Shown: positions 44,844 through 55,205, counted from the stretch's first letter. The stretch is DNA of 64,000 nucleotides from an uncultured Candidatus Rokubacteria bacterium (GCA_963721815.1 CAVRLO010000024.1:806475-870474); one strand, 5' to 3'. Program-made: numbers and translations. Notes: generated from the letters alone by a model not told the origin.

Positions 44844-45112
44844 GGCGCTCTCCTGGTCGGGTGACGTTAGAGCTACGTTTATCGCGTCGGGCGTTGGCGT
44901 CAAAGCTACCGGGGTGCCGGGCGCGCCGGGCGGGTGGCGGTGGGGGTCGAGACGACCACGCGGCACGCGTGCGCTGCCCCACTCGCCTGGGCTCCACCGG
45001 GCCACAACTCCGCGCGGTCGGGAACGTCCCATCACACCGCTCCGGCCGACGCCCGTGACCGGCGGAGCCCCAGCGTATCGGCACCGCTGGCCCAACTTCT
45101 TCGGAGGATCGG

Positions 45113-46056
45113 CATGGACCGTGGGATGGGGACCCCTGAGGTATCCGGATCCGGCGGTGCAGGTGCTCGACCCGAGCTTCGCGCAGTATCGGCTGCCGTC
45201 TCGCGGCGGTCGAGCGCCTCGCGACGGGCTTTCGCTGGGCCGAGGGGCCGGTGTGGTTCGGCGACGGGCGCTTTCTCTCTGGAGCGACATCCCGAACAAC
45301 CGCGTCATGAAGTGGGAGGAAGAGACCGGCGCGGTGAGCGTCTTTCGCAAGCCGTCGAACAACACGAACGGCAACACGCGCGACCGCCAGGGGCGGCTGG
45401 TGTCCTGCGAGCACGACGCGCGGCGCGTGACGCGCACCGAGCACGACGGCACGATCACGGTCCTGGCCGACCGCTATCAGGGCAAGCTCCTCAACTCGCC
45501 GAACGACCTCGTCTGCAAGTCGGACGGCTCGATGTGGTTCAGCGATCCGACCCTTCGGGATCCTCGGGAACTACGAGGGCCATGTCGCGACGCCGGAGCT
45601 CCCGACCAGCGTCTATCGGTCGATGGCCGCACGGGTGAGGTGACTGCGGTCACGACCGAGATTCGCGCGACCCAACGGCCTCTGCTTCAGCCCGGACGAG
45701 TCGAAGCTCTACGTCGTCGTGAGCGGCGCGATGCCGCGCGAGATCCGGGTGTTCGACGTCGTACGGCGGGACGACCCTCGCCAACGGCAGGGTGTTCGTG
45801 AATGCCGGCGACGGTGTGCCGGACGGCATGCGCTGCGACGTCGACGGCAATCTCTGGTGCGGCTGGGGCGGGGGCGAGGGGCTGGACGGCGTGTCGATCT
45901 TCGATGCGTCGGCGAAGCTCATCGGCCACATCTCGCTGCCCGAGCGCTGCGCGAACCTCTGCTTCGGCGGGCTTCAGGCGCAACCGGCTCTTCATGGCCG
46001 CCAGCCAGTCGCTCTACGCGCTCTACGTGAACACGCAGGGGGTTCAGGGCGGCTAG
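45113..46056 (+). pseudogene. SMP-30/gluconolactonase/LRE family protein, about 8 frame breaks
   Basis: The ATG at 45113 follows GGAGG. The pieces are TVGWGPLRYPDPAVQVLDPSFAQYRL / AAVERLATGFRWAEGPVWFGDGRFL / WSDIPNNRVMKWEEETGAVSVFRKPSNNTNGNTRDRQGRLVSCEHDARRVTRTE...LNSPNDLVCKSDGSMWFSDP / FGILGNYEGHVATPELPTSVYR / VDGRTGEVTAVTTE / RPNGLCFSPDESKLYVV / LANGRVFVNAGDGVPDGMRCDVDGNLWCGW...ERCANLCFGG / RNRLFMAASQSLYALYVNTQGVQGG*. Confidence 0.8.
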
Positions 46057-46078
46057 TCCGGGTTGAAGGAGGACGCAC

Positions 46079-47662
46079 ATGCGAAGTGGACGGCGCGGGT
46101 CGATCATGATCGCGGCCCTGGCGGCGCTCGTCTTCGTCGCGCCCGCGGCGGCGCAGAACCGCTACAGCTTCGTCGACGCCGAGAATTCGCCGATCAAGTT
46201 CGCGACGGCCACCGTGAGGCCGCAGATCGCCTGCCCTGACGTGCGCGGCCTGGTGGCGGGCGTGTCGATCGTGGCGGTCGAGATCATCGCGGGCGCGGAG
46301 GGCGTGCCGCAGCACTGCCGGGTCTCCGGCTCGATCGCGCCCGAGATCCGCTTCGAGGTGAACTTGCCGGCGGCGTGGAACCGGCGCTTCTACATGAACG
46401 GCAACGGTGGCTTCGCCGGCGAGAGCCCGGACAGCCCGCCGCGCGCCGCGATGCGCGCCGCCGCCTTGCGGCAGGGCTTCGTGACCGCTACGACCAACAC
46501 CGGGCACGACGCCACGAAGGAGCCGCTGGCCAGCTTCGCGGTCGATCCCCAGAAGGTCGCCGACTACGCGTTCCGGGCGGTGCACTTGACGGCGCTCACG
46601 GCCAAGACGATCGCGACGCGGTACTACGACCGTCCTGTCGCCTACTCGTACTGGGACGGCTGCTCCACCGGAGGCCGGCAGGGGTTGATCGCGGCGCAGC
46701 GATTTCCGGGCGACTTCGACGGTATCGTCGCCGGCGCACCCGTGCTGAACTTCGTCGACACGACGATCGCCGGGCTCTGGAACGCGCGCGCCGTGGCCGA
46801 CGGGCCGCTGACCCTCGAGACCATGAAGCTCGTCGCCGACGTCGTCTACGCCAAGTGCGGCCCCGACGGCGTCATCGACGACCCGCGCCGCTGTCCCTTC
46901 GATCCCGCGCGCGACTTGCCGAAATGCGCCGGAGCCGTGGGGTTGGGCTGCGTCACCGAGTCACAGGCCCGCGCGCTCAAGACGATCTACGGGGGCGTGA
47001 TCCGGGACGGCAAGCCCTACTTCCCCGGCCAGCCCATCGGCGCCGAGATCGCCGGCGCCTCGCCGCTCGGAGAGTCGCGGTCCTCGAGCGGCTGGGACCG
47101 CTGGTTGATCGGGCGCGACGGCGGCAAGTCGCTCCAGCTCGCGCTGGGGGAGTCGTTCATGCGGTTCATGGCGTTCGGAAAGCCGGACCCGAGCTACGAC
47201 TGGACGACGTTCGACTTCGCGAAGGACCCGGACCGGATGGCCGACATCCGCAAGCTCCTCAACGCGACCGATCCCGAGCTCGGCGCATTCCGCAGCCGCG
47301 GCGGCAAGCTGCTGATGTACTTCGGCTGGGCCGACGCGGCACTGAGCCCGTTCATGGCGATCGACTACTACGACAAGGCCCTGGCGGCGAACGGCCCCGG
47401 TACGCAGGACTTCTTCCGCCTGTTCATGGTGCCGGGCATGTTTCACTGCCGGGGCGGTGTCGGCACCGATCGGTTCGACGCGATGACCACCCTGATCAAC
47501 TGGGTCGAGGGGGGCGCAGCCCCCGACAGTATTCCCGCGGCACGCGTCGAAGGAAACCAGGTGACGCGCACGCGCCCGCTGTGCCCGTATCCGCGCGTCG
47601 CCCGCTACAAGGGCTCGGGCAAGGTCGCCGACGGCGCCAACTTCGCGTGCGCTGATCCCTGA
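46079..47662 (+). CDS. tannase/feruloyl esterase family alpha/beta hydrolase, secreted
   Basis: Intact 527-aa ORF with the signal peptide IMIAALAALVFVAPAAAQ. The nucleophile motif is YWDGCSTGGRQG. The sequence also includes GAPVLNF, MVPGMFHCRGG and RPLCPYPRVARYKGSG. Confidence 0.8.
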   Translation: MRSGRRGSIMIAALAALVFVAPAAAQNRYSFVDAENSPIKFATATVRPQIACPDVRGLVAGVSIVAVEIIAGAEGVPQHCRVSGSIAPEIRFEVNLPAAWNRRFYMNGNGGFAGESPDSPPRAAMRAAALRQGFVTATTNTGHDATKEPLASFAVDPQKVADYAFRAVHLTALTAKTIATRYYDRPVAYSYWDGCSTGGRQGLIAAQRFPGDFDGIVAGAPVLNFVDTTIAGLWNARAVADGPLTLETMKLVADVVYAKCGPDGVIDDPRRCPFDPARDLPKCAGAVGLGCVTESQARALKTIYGGVIRDGKPYFPGQPIGAEIAGASPLGESRSSSGWDRWLIGRDGGKSLQLALGESFMRFMAFGKPDPSYDWTTFDFAKDPDRMADIRKLLNATDPELGAFRSRGGKLLMYFGWADAALSPFMAIDYYDKALAANGPGTQDFFRLFMVPGMFHCRGGVGTDRFDAMTTLINWVEGGAAPDSIPAARVEGNQVTRTRPLCPYPRVARYKGSGKVADGANFACADP

Positions 47663-47667
47663 GCGGC

Positions 47668-48462
47668 TCAGCCGCGCGTGATCTGCGAGATCCCCGGCAG
47701 ACGCCCGAGGAAATTGCCGGTGATGCCCCCGTCGACGACGAGGTCGTGGCCGTTGACGTAGCGCGAATCGGGGCCGAGCAGGAACGCGATGACGTCGGCC
47801 ATGTCCTCGGGCGTGGCGACGCGGCCCAGCGGGACCAGCGCGTCACGCTCGGCGGCGATCCGCTGATCGGCGTAGACCTGCGCGGTCATGCCCGTGCGCA
47901 CCATGCCGGGGGAGACCGTGTTGACCCGGATGCCGTCGCGTCCGAGCTCCTGGGCGAGCACCCGGGCCAGCATGATGACCGCGGCCTTCGTCGGCCCGTA
48001 CGGGCCCAGGTTCGCGTGCGCGTTGCTGCCGGACATCGAGCCGACCGCGACGATGGCGCCGCGCGAGGCTTTCAGCGCCGGATACGCCGCCTTCGCCAGG
48101 AGCCACGTCGCGCGGGTGTTCACGGCGAACACGCGGTCCCAGTCGTCGACGGCGTAGTCGACCAGCGCACCGGGCCGATTGATCCCCGCGTTGCTCACCA
48201 ATCCGTCGAGCCCGCCGAACCGGCCGACGGCCTCCGCCACGACGCGCCCCGGCGCATCGACGCTTCCCATATCGCCGTGGAGCGCGAGCGGCTCCGCCTC
48301 CTGCTTGCGTAGCTCGTCGAGCAAACCGTCGAGGCCGGGCGAAGGGCCGATGTCAACGGCCGCGATCTGCGCTTTCTTGCCCTGGGCGCGGGCGTCGCGC
48401 GCCAGGCGCAGACACGTCGCCCGCCCGATCCCGCTCGCCGCTCCCGTCACGAGAACTCGCAT
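47668..48462 (-). CDS. SDR family oxidoreductase
   Basis: From M27 of ORF 47668..48540 it reads MRVLVTGAASGIGRATCLRLA (TGxxxGxG)...NAGI...SMSGSNAHANLGPYGPTKAAV (YxxxK)...IRVNTVSPG. Confidence 0.85.
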   Translation of the reverse strand: MRVLVTGAASGIGRATCLRLARDARAQGKKAQIAAVDIGPSPGLDGLLDELRKQEAEPLALHGDMGSVDAPGRVVAEAVGRFGGLDGLVSNAGINRPGALVDYAVDDWDRVFAVNTRATWLLAKAAYPALKASRGAIVAVGSMSGSNAHANLGPYGPTKAAVIMLARVLAQELGRDGIRVNTVSPGMVRTGMTAQVYADQRIAAERDALVPLGRVATPEDMADVIAFLLGPDSRYVNGHDLVVDGGITGNFLGRLPGISQITRG

Positions 48463-48533
48463 ACGCACCTCCCGCGCGAGAGTGTACTGCTGAATCGACG
48501 CGCCCGCCGCGGTCGTCTGAACACCAGACGACC

Positions 48534-49445
48534 ATGTCACCCGCGATGCGTCTCAGCGCTTGCGCCGGCGGAGCCGGCGGAAGCTGGTATGTCCTCATGG
48601 ACGGCCTGGCGCGCCTGGTCGGAGAGGCGCATCCGGACATTCAGATCGACGTCGTCGCGGGCGGCGGGGTTTCCAATCACGAGCGTGTCGGATGCGGTGA
48701 CGTCCCGATGGGCATTCTCAATCCGCCCATGACCGCGGCCGCCCTCGCGGGCCGACGGCCCTACGACCGGATGCATCCCGCGCTGCGTATCGGGGTCGCC
48801 AATCTCACCACGAACTACCTGCACTGCTTTGTGGAGCACGCGCTCCCCGTCGAGTCGGTCGCGGCATGGCTGGAGCAGCGCCGTCCGCTGCGGATGCCGG
48901 TCGACCGCGTGGGCACCGTCGATCGGATGGTCTTTCAGCTGGCTCTCGATCACTTCGGGGTCGCGGAAGCTGATGTCCAGGGGTGGGGTGGGGCGCTGGT
49001 GCCCGCGAACAGCTACGACGAGCAGCTCGCGCTCTACCGCGCCGGGGCGGTGAACGCTCTGTGGCAGTTCATGGCGATTCCGTCGCCCTCGATCGAAGCG
49101 GCCGGTGAGCTGCGCCCGCTCCGGCCGCTTCCGTTCGCGGAGAGTCTCGTCGCGACTCTCGAGCACCTCGGGTGGACGCCCGCGACATTGCCCGAGGGCG
49201 CGTACGGCATCGTCGACAGGCGAATCCCGACCGTCTCGATGGGCACCTCGCTCGGCTTTCACGCCGGTGTCGCGGACGACGTCGTCTATCGAATCGTCCG
49301 CACCATCTGCGAGCTTGGCGAGCGCGTCCGCCGGATCCACCCGGCCGCGTCCGGGTTCGATCCGGCGGCCGCGCATCGTCTGAGCCGTGGGCCGCTGCAC
49401 GCCGGCGCCGCGAGGTACTTCCGCGAAGCCGGGCTTCTGTCCTAG
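48534..49445 (+). CDS. TAXI-family TRAP-type solute-binding protein homolog without a recognisable signal peptide
   Basis: Intact 303-aa ORF: GGAGGSWYVLMDGLARLVGEAHPDIQIDVVAGGGVSNHERVGCGDVPMGI...GPLHAGAARYFREAGLL*. The terminal HxGAxxYFxExG block is typical of TAXI receptors. The N-terminus MSPAMRLSAC runs straight into the mature fold. Confidence 0.6.
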   Translation: MSPAMRLSACAGGAGGSWYVLMDGLARLVGEAHPDIQIDVVAGGGVSNHERVGCGDVPMGILNPPMTAAALAGRRPYDRMHPALRIGVANLTTNYLHCFVEHALPVESVAAWLEQRRPLRMPVDRVGTVDRMVFQLALDHFGVAEADVQGWGGALVPANSYDEQLALYRAGAVNALWQFMAIPSPSIEAAGELRPLRPLPFAESLVATLEHLGWTPATLPEGAYGIVDRRIPTVSMGTSLGFHAGVADDVVYRIVRTICELGERVRRIHPAASGFDPAAAHRLSRGPLHAGAARYFREAGLLS

Positions 49446-49465
49446 CGTCGCTCGGGCTGTCGGGC

Positions 49466-49840
49466 TCACGCGGGACGTGCGGCTTGTCTCACGCCGACGA
49501 ACTGCAGGACGGCGAAGACGAGCACCAGGGCCGCGACGAGCGCTACCAGGCCGGCCCCGATGCTGCTGAGAATTCCCAGCTCGACCACCGCGACGCTGCC
49601 CAGCACCCAGCCCAGGTCCAGCACGATCGCGGCCCACGCGGCCGCGCCGGGTATGGGCTGCCGGCGTGCGGTCCACACGAGGCCCGCGGCGTACAGGACG
49701 AGGCCCGCGCCCACGCCCGCGAGTATGGCGGGCGGCGAGCCGCCGAGAAGCTCCGCCAGCGGAGCGGGCGCCAGCAAGAGCGCCAGACCACAGAGAGCGG
49801 TGGAGATTGCGTTGATCACGAGCGTCGAGCGTAGAAGCAT
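49466..49840 (-). CDS. hypothetical 4-TM membrane protein
   Basis: The 124-aa ORF MLLRSTLVINAISTALCGLALLLAP... has four hydrophobic segments and GC-rich third positions. Confidence 0.5.
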   Translation of the reverse strand: MLLRSTLVINAISTALCGLALLLAPAPLAELLGGSPPAILAGVGAGLVLYAAGLVWTARRQPIPGAAAWAAIVLDLGWVLGSVAVVELGILSSIGAGLVALVAALVLVFAVLQFVGVRQAARPA

Positions 49841-49981
49841 GGTCGCACCTCCTTGGCTTCACGGTGCGACGGCCCATGGCCCGCGGCAATTACGCGCGAG
49901 GTAATGGCCGGTCATAGCGCGCGGAATCCCTCCCATCCATCCCGGCGTCACACGCTCGCCTGGCCGGCCGGCGCCGGTGAC

Positions 49982-50306
49982 ATGGCCGTCGGCCTCGCGG
50001 CGCCGTTCGTCGTGCTGGCGATTGTGCGCCGCAGCCCGACCTGGCGCCGTCAGGTTGCGCTTCTCAACGTCGCCGGGCTCGTCGACTTCGTCGCCGCCAT
50101 CGGGACCGGAGTGCTGACGAGCAACAATGCTGTCGGGGTGCTTTCGGATCGAGCCGCGCGCCTTCCTCGGAAGCCTGCCGGTGAGTCTCATCCGACCTTC
50201 GCGATGCCGCTGTGGACCATTTTCCACATCGTCTCGCTCTTACGGCTCGGTCGCATCACCCAGACCCTTTCGGCGGGGGACGTGCGGCGGCGAGCCCGTC
50301 GGTCTG
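49982..50306 (+). pseudogene. 5'-truncated, frame-broken remnant of a small membrane protein
   Basis: MAVGLAAPFVVLAIVRRSPTWRRQVALLNVAGLVDFVAAIGTGVLTS... / ...LPVSLI / PTFAMPLWTIFHIVSLLRL resembles the C-terminal half of a roughly 190-aa membrane protein family. The space upstream is occupied by the opposite-strand gene. The end point is uncertain. Confidence 0.3.
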
Positions 50307-50315
50307 ACGACGCGC

Positions 50316-50760
50316 TCAGCGCCCGATGCCGCGCGCCATCAGCACCGCCAGCAGCGGCATGAGCGCCAGCAGCGCCGAGCTCGATGTGGAGACGGCGTCG
50401 AGCCCCGGCGATCTCGTCGCGCGGCGGGCGCGCGCCCGCGGCGGCGCCCGCTTCCAGCGCTGAACGTCCGCGTCGGCTTGATCGAGAGAGCCGCGATGAT
50501 CACGTAGAGGGCCATCTTCACCCAGAACACCGGATTGCCCGATATAGAAGTCGACGCCCTTGGAGTAGAAGAACAGGCGCAGCAGGCCGGTGCCGAGCGC
50601 GGCCAGGGCCGAAACGAAGAAGACGACGTCGATCGCCGGCAGGCGCCGTCGCCTGGTCCGCCGTGATCTCCGGGCGGCACAGCACCAGCTCGCCGACCAG
50701 GAATCCGCCGATGAGAATGATGCTGAGGTAGTGGAGATAGGCGACCAGCGGTTCCATCAT
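50316..50760 (-). pseudogene. DUF2214-like membrane protein, at least 3 frame breaks
   Basis: The pieces are MMEPLVAYLHYLSIILIGGFLVGELVLCRPEITADQ / RRLPAIDVVFFVSALAALGTGLLRLFFYSKGVDFY / ISGNPVFWVKMALYVIIAALSIKPTRTFSA / ...ALLALMPLLAVLMARGIGR*. Confidence 0.55.
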
Positions 50761-50887
50761 CGTTCGCCTCCCGTTCGCCGAGGATTCTTCGAGAATCCGA
50801 GCGACGTCCGCCGTCGAGGACACGCCGGATCAATGTTCTGGGAGTAGAATGCGGGCCCGACGGTAACGAGGAGGAGGCTGAGCGTCC

Positions 50888-52060
50888 ATGACGATCAAGG
50901 GCAAGGCGTACATCGCAGGCGTCTACGAGCATCCCACCCGGAAGGCCGACGACAAGTCGCTGGCGCAGCTCCACGCCGAGTCCGGCCAAGGGCGCGCTCG
51001 GCGACGCGGGCCTGACCAAGGACGACGTCGACGGTTACTTCTGCGCCGGCGACGCGCCCGGGCCTGGGGCCGCTCTCCATGGCCGACTACATGGGGCTCA
51101 AGCTCCGGCACATGGACACGACGGAGACGGGCGGATCGTCGTACGTCATCCACGTCGCCCACGCCGCCGAGGCGATCGCGCTCGGCAAGTGCGACGTCGC
51201 GCTGATCACGCTCGCCGGCCGGCCCCGCGCCGAGGGCATGGCCACCGGCACCGTGCCGCGCGCGCCGGTCGCCGCCGCGCCCGACGCGCCGTTCGAGTAC
51301 CCGTTCGGTCCGACCGTCGTGAACCAGTACGCGATGGCCGCGATGCGGCACATGCACCAGTACGGGACGACGAGCGCGCAGCTGGCCTGGATCAAGGTCG
51401 CCGCCTCGCAGCACGCCCAGCACAATCCCCACGCGCTGCTGCGCGAGGTGGTCACGGTCGAGGAGGTCCTCAACTCGCCGATGATCTCCGACCCGCTGCA
51501 CCGGCTCGACTGCTGCGTCATCACCGACGGGGGCGGCGCCATCGTGGTCGTCAAGCCCGAGATCGCCCGGCGCCTGAAGCGTCCGCGCGTGACGGTGCTC
51601 GGCGCCGGCGAGGCGCCGAAGCACCAGATGGGCGGCAAGATCGACCTGACCTACTCCGGCGCCGTCTGGTCCGGGCCCGACGGCGTTCGCCGAGGCCGGC
51701 GTCACGCACGCCGACATCAAGTACGCGTCGATCTACGACAGCTTCACGATCACCGTGCTCATCACGCTCGAGGACCTCGGCTTCTGCGCCAAGGGCCAGG
51801 GCGGCAAGCTCGTCGCCGACGGCAACCTGATCTCGGGCGTGGGCAAGCTGCCGTTCAACACCGACGGCGGCGGGCTCTGCAACAACCATCCGGCCAACCG
51901 CGGCGGCCTCACGAAGGTGGTCGAGGCGGTGCGGCAGCTCCGCGGCGAGGCGCATCCCAAGGTGCAGGTGAAGAACTGCGACGTGGCGCTGGCGCACGGC
52001 ACCGGCGGCTCGCTCGGCACGCGCCACGGCAGCGCCACCGTGATCATGGGCAGGGAGTGA
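50888..52060 (+). pseudogene. thiolase-like (SCP-x/lipid-transfer-type acetyl-CoA acetyltransferase) protein, 3 frame breaks, all +1
   Basis: The pieces are MTIKGKAYIAGVYEHPTRKADDKSLAQLHAE / KGALGDAGLTKDDVDGYFCAGDAPG / LGPLSMADYMGLKLRHMDTTETGGSSYVIHVAHAAEAIALGKCDVALITLAG...DCCVITDGGGAIVV / DIKYASIYDSFTITVLITLEDLGFC...FNTDGGGLCNNHP...ALAHGTGGSLGTRHGSATVIMGRE*. The shifts lie near 50985, 51063 and 51680. Confidence 0.8.
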
Positions 52061-52064
52061 GGCG

Positions 52065-52457
52065 ATGACGACGACAGAGCGGAAGTACCCGGCGCCGGCC
52101 GTCAACCCGGAGATCAAGCCCTTCTTCGACGCGGCCGCGAAGGGCACGCTGATGCTCAAGAAGTGCGCGGCGTGCGGCCAGGCGCATCACTATCCGCGCG
52201 CGATCTGCCCGTTCTGCGCGAGCGACCGGACGGAGTGGATCACCGCGTCGGGCCGGGGCACGATCTACTCCTACAGCGTGATGCGGCGGGTGCCGGTGCC
52301 CTACGCCATCGCCTACGTGACCCTCGAGGAAGGCGTGACGATGATGACCAACATCGTCGACTGCGATCTCGACGCCATCCGCATCGGCCAGCGGGTGAAG
52401 GTGGTCTTCAAGCCGACCGACGGCGGGCCGCCGGTCCCGATGTTCACGCCGGCCTGA
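52065..52457 (+). CDS. Zn-ribbon/OB-fold protein (DUF35), usual partner of the thiolase-like protein
   Basis: Intact 130-aa ORF: LMLKKCAACGQAHHYPRAICPFCAS (rubredoxin-like CxxC...CxxC)...GRGTIYSYSVMRRV...VTLEEGVTMMTNIV. Confidence 0.8.
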   Translation: MTTTERKYPAPAVNPEIKPFFDAAAKGTLMLKKCAACGQAHHYPRAICPFCASDRTEWITASGRGTIYSYSVMRRVPVPYAIAYVTLEEGVTMMTNIVDCDLDAIRIGQRVKVVFKPTDGGPPVPMFTPA

Positions 52458-52475
52458 GCGGCCGGCGCGTCGCGG

Positions 52476-53230
52476 ATGGCGGAGCTGTACGACGAGATCG
52501 GGCCGGCTACCGCGCGCGCCGCCGCCCCGATCCGCGTCTCGCCGCGGCGATCATGCGCGCGCTGAAGGGGACGGAGACGGTCGTGAACGTGGGCGCCGGC
52601 GCCGGCTCCTACGAGCCCGCCGATCGCTGCGTGGTCGCCGTCGAGCCGGCGATGACGATGATCCGCCAGCGGCGCGCCGGCAGCGCCCCGGTCGTGCAGG
52701 CCTCGCCGCCGAGCTGCCGTTTCGGGACGACGGGTTCGCTGGCGCGCTGGCCATCCTCACCGTGCATCACTGGTCCGATCGGGCGCGCGGGCTCGACGAG
52801 CTCGGGCGGGTGGCTCGCGCCGGCGCGATCGTCATCGTCACCTGGGACCCGTCGGCCGCGGGCTTCTGGCTGGCCGACGATTACTTTCCCGACGTCGTCG
52901 ACATCGACCGCCGGCATCTTTCCGACGATCGACGAGTTCCGGCGCGCGCTCGGGCGCGTGTCGAGGTGCGCCCGATGCCGATTCCCCACGACTGCGTCGA
53001 CGGGTTTCTCGGCGCCTACTGGCGCCGGCCCCACGCGTATCTCGATGCGGGCGTGCGCGGCGCGATCTCCGCCTTCGCGAGGCTTCACGCCGTCGGCGGC
53101 GACCTCGAGGGGCTCGCGCGGCTGCGGCGCGATCTCGACGACGGCACCTGGGCGCGCCGTTACGGCGATGTCCTCGACGCGGTCGGAGATCGATCTCGGC
53201 TACCGGATCGTGATCGCCGCGAAACGCTGA
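52476..53230 (+). pseudogene. class I SAM-dependent methyltransferase, about 5 frame breaks
   Basis: The pieces are MAELYDEIG / YRARRRPDPRLAAAIMRALKGTETVVNVGAGAGSYEPADRCVVAVEPAMTMIRQR / LPFRDDGFAGALAILTVHHWSDRARGLDELGRVARAGAIVIVTWDP...FWLADDYFPDVVDIDRR / FPTIDEFRRALG / VEVRPMPIPHDCVDGFLGAYWRRPHAYLDAGVRGAISAF / SEIDLGYRIVIAAKR*. Confidence 0.7.
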
Positions 53231-53250
53231 CGCGAGCCGGGCGCCGCCCG

Positions 53251-54316
53251 CTAGGCGCAGGCGACGGTGTAGACGTCCTTGACCTCCGGCGGCAGCCGCC
53301 ATTCCTTCCAGGTCTTGCCGCCGTCACGCGTGCCGAAGACCTGACCCAGGCGCGCGACGCTGTAGACCTGCTCGGGATCGCGCGGGTGGAGCGAGACGGC
53401 CATCATCGTGCTCTCGGCCTTGATCGCCGTGGTCGATGCGCCGCCAGGTCTGTCCCAGATCGTCGCTGCGATAGAGCGAGCCGTCCGTGCTGCGCGCCGC
53501 CGGGCTGAGCGCGGCGACCAGGGTTCTCGGGTCGTGCGGCGAGACCACCACGTCGCGCGCGTACGTCAGCGGCGAGAAGCGGCCGATCTCCATGTCCTGC
53601 CACGTCTGGCCGCGGTCGGCGCTGCGGAAGAGGCCCATGCGCACGGCGAGGAACACGGTGCCGGGCAGCGCGCTCGACACGGTGAGGGCGTGGGTGTCGA
53701 GCATGCCCTCGTTCTCGGTGTCGCTGGCGATGCGGCTCTTGAGGTGCGGCCGCTCGGCGAGCTTGACGAGATCGTCGCCGATGTCTTCCCAGGTCTCGCC
53801 GCGATCCCGGCTGCGCAGCACGCCGTCGACCTCGAGCCCCGCGTAGATCTCGTCCGGGCTCGACGGATCGATCGCCAGGCGGGTCACGCGGCACGGGAAG
53901 TTCATCTTCACGCGTCCCGGCGAGGTCACGCGCGGCAGCTTGCGCCAGCTGTCGCCGCCGTTGTCGCTCCTGTAGACCGCGACAGGCGAGGTGCCGAGAT
54001 ACATGGTGCGGGGATCACGCGGATGAATCAGGATCGACCACACCTCCAGCCCCGCGTCGGGGAAGGGGAGCTTCTCCCAGCTCGCGCCGCCATCCCGGCT
54101 CCGGTACGGGCCGTCCTGGGACCCGGCGAAGATCAGGCTCGAATCGGTGGGATGAATGGTGATCGCCTGGACGTCCATGCGCTCCGGCAATCCCTTGCCG
54201 AGGCGCTCCCACTGATCGCTGCCCACGGTTTGCCGGAAGATCCCCGAGACGGCCCCAGGGACACGCGCCGCCGTACCGACGTAAACATGCGAGGTTCCTG
54301 ACGCGTTCGCCATCAT
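53251..54316 (-). CDS. BNR/Asp-box repeat (sialidase-like/Ycf48-like beta-propeller) protein, one frame break
   Basis: Repeated SxDxGxTW boxes are present: SRDGGASWEKL, SDNGGDSWRKL, SRDRGETWEDI, SADRGQTWQDM and SDDLGQTWRRI. After a shift near 53425 comes TRDGGKTWKEW, with the end at ...YTVACA*. Confidence 0.75.
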
Positions 54317-54532
54317 CGTCTCCTTGTTGATTCGCGCATCTCGGCCGGCGGAGCCCCGGCTCCGCGACGCACTCGTGGCCGCTGGTCAGAGGGACTCTAG
54401 CACAGCGTGAACTCTTTCCGTTCCCGCGGCTCGCCGACGAAGGCAGTTGACGCGGGCTCCTTTCCAGGCTTAATGAAGGCCCTACCCGCGTTGTGCGGGG
54501 CCGCTAACTCTCACCGGCGAAAGGAGTCGCAC

Positions 54533-55150
54533 GTGATTTACGAGATTCGCACCTACCAGATCGCGCCAGGCAGCCTGGCCGAGGTCGAGAAGCGCTTCGG
54601 CGACGCCTACCAGTACCGCAAGAAGTACTCTGAGCTCACGGCCTTCCTGCACACCGAGGTCGGGCCGCTCAACGAGATCGTCCACATCTGGGGGTACAAG
54701 GATCTTGCCGATCGCGCGCGCGTTCGCGGCGAGGCCTCGAAGGAGACGAACTGGCCGCCGAAGATCCAGGAGTTCATCCGCCAGATGCGCTCCGAGATCG
54801 TCGTGCCGTTCTCGTTCATTCCCGAGCCGCAGCCAGGGAAGCTGGGTCCGGTCTACGAGCTTCGCTACTACACCTTGAAGCCCGGCACCTTGCCGGACAC
54901 GGCGAAGGGCTGGGAGTCGAAGATCGGCGACCGCGCCAAGCTCTCGCCGATCGTGTTCGCCGGCGGCGTGGAGTTCGGCCGCGCGAACGGGTTCGTCCAC
55001 ATCTGGGCGTACTCGAGCATGGACAACCGGATGCAGGTGCGTGAAGAGGCCCGGAAGAAGGGCGTCTGGCCGCCGCCGGGCGGCGCCGACCGGCTCATCA
55101 CGCAGGAAAACAAGATCCTCCTGCCTTCCGCCTTCTCGCCGCTACAGTAG
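54533..55150 (+). CDS. NIPSNAP family protein (tandem dimeric alpha/beta-barrel domains)
   Basis: The GTG at 54533 follows AAGGAG. The first domain begins VIYEIRTYQIAPGSLAEVEKRF...EIVHIWGYKDLADRARVR. The second begins VYELRYYTLKPGTLPDTAKGW...FVHIWAYSSMDNRMQVRE. Confidence 0.75.
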   Translation: MIYEIRTYQIAPGSLAEVEKRFGDAYQYRKKYSELTAFLHTEVGPLNEIVHIWGYKDLADRARVRGEASKETNWPPKIQEFIRQMRSEIVVPFSFIPEPQPGKLGPVYELRYYTLKPGTLPDTAKGWESKIGDRAKLSPIVFAGGVEFGRANGFVHIWAYSSMDNRMQVREEARKKGVWPPPGGADRLITQENKILLPSAFSPLQ

Positions 55151-55171
55151 GGACGACTTCAGCGCGGAGCG

Positions 55172-55205
55172 CTCGCCGCGAGGCGCCGATCGGCCTCGCG
55201 GCGAG
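55172..55205 (+). terminator. strong GC hairpin after the NIPSNAP gene (possible intrinsic terminator without a U-tract)
   Basis: ctcgccgcgaggc (55172-55184) pairs perfectly with gcctcgcggcgag (55193-55205). The 8-nt spacer is itself partly self-complementary. The hairpin begins 22 nt after the stop codon. Confidence 0.4.
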
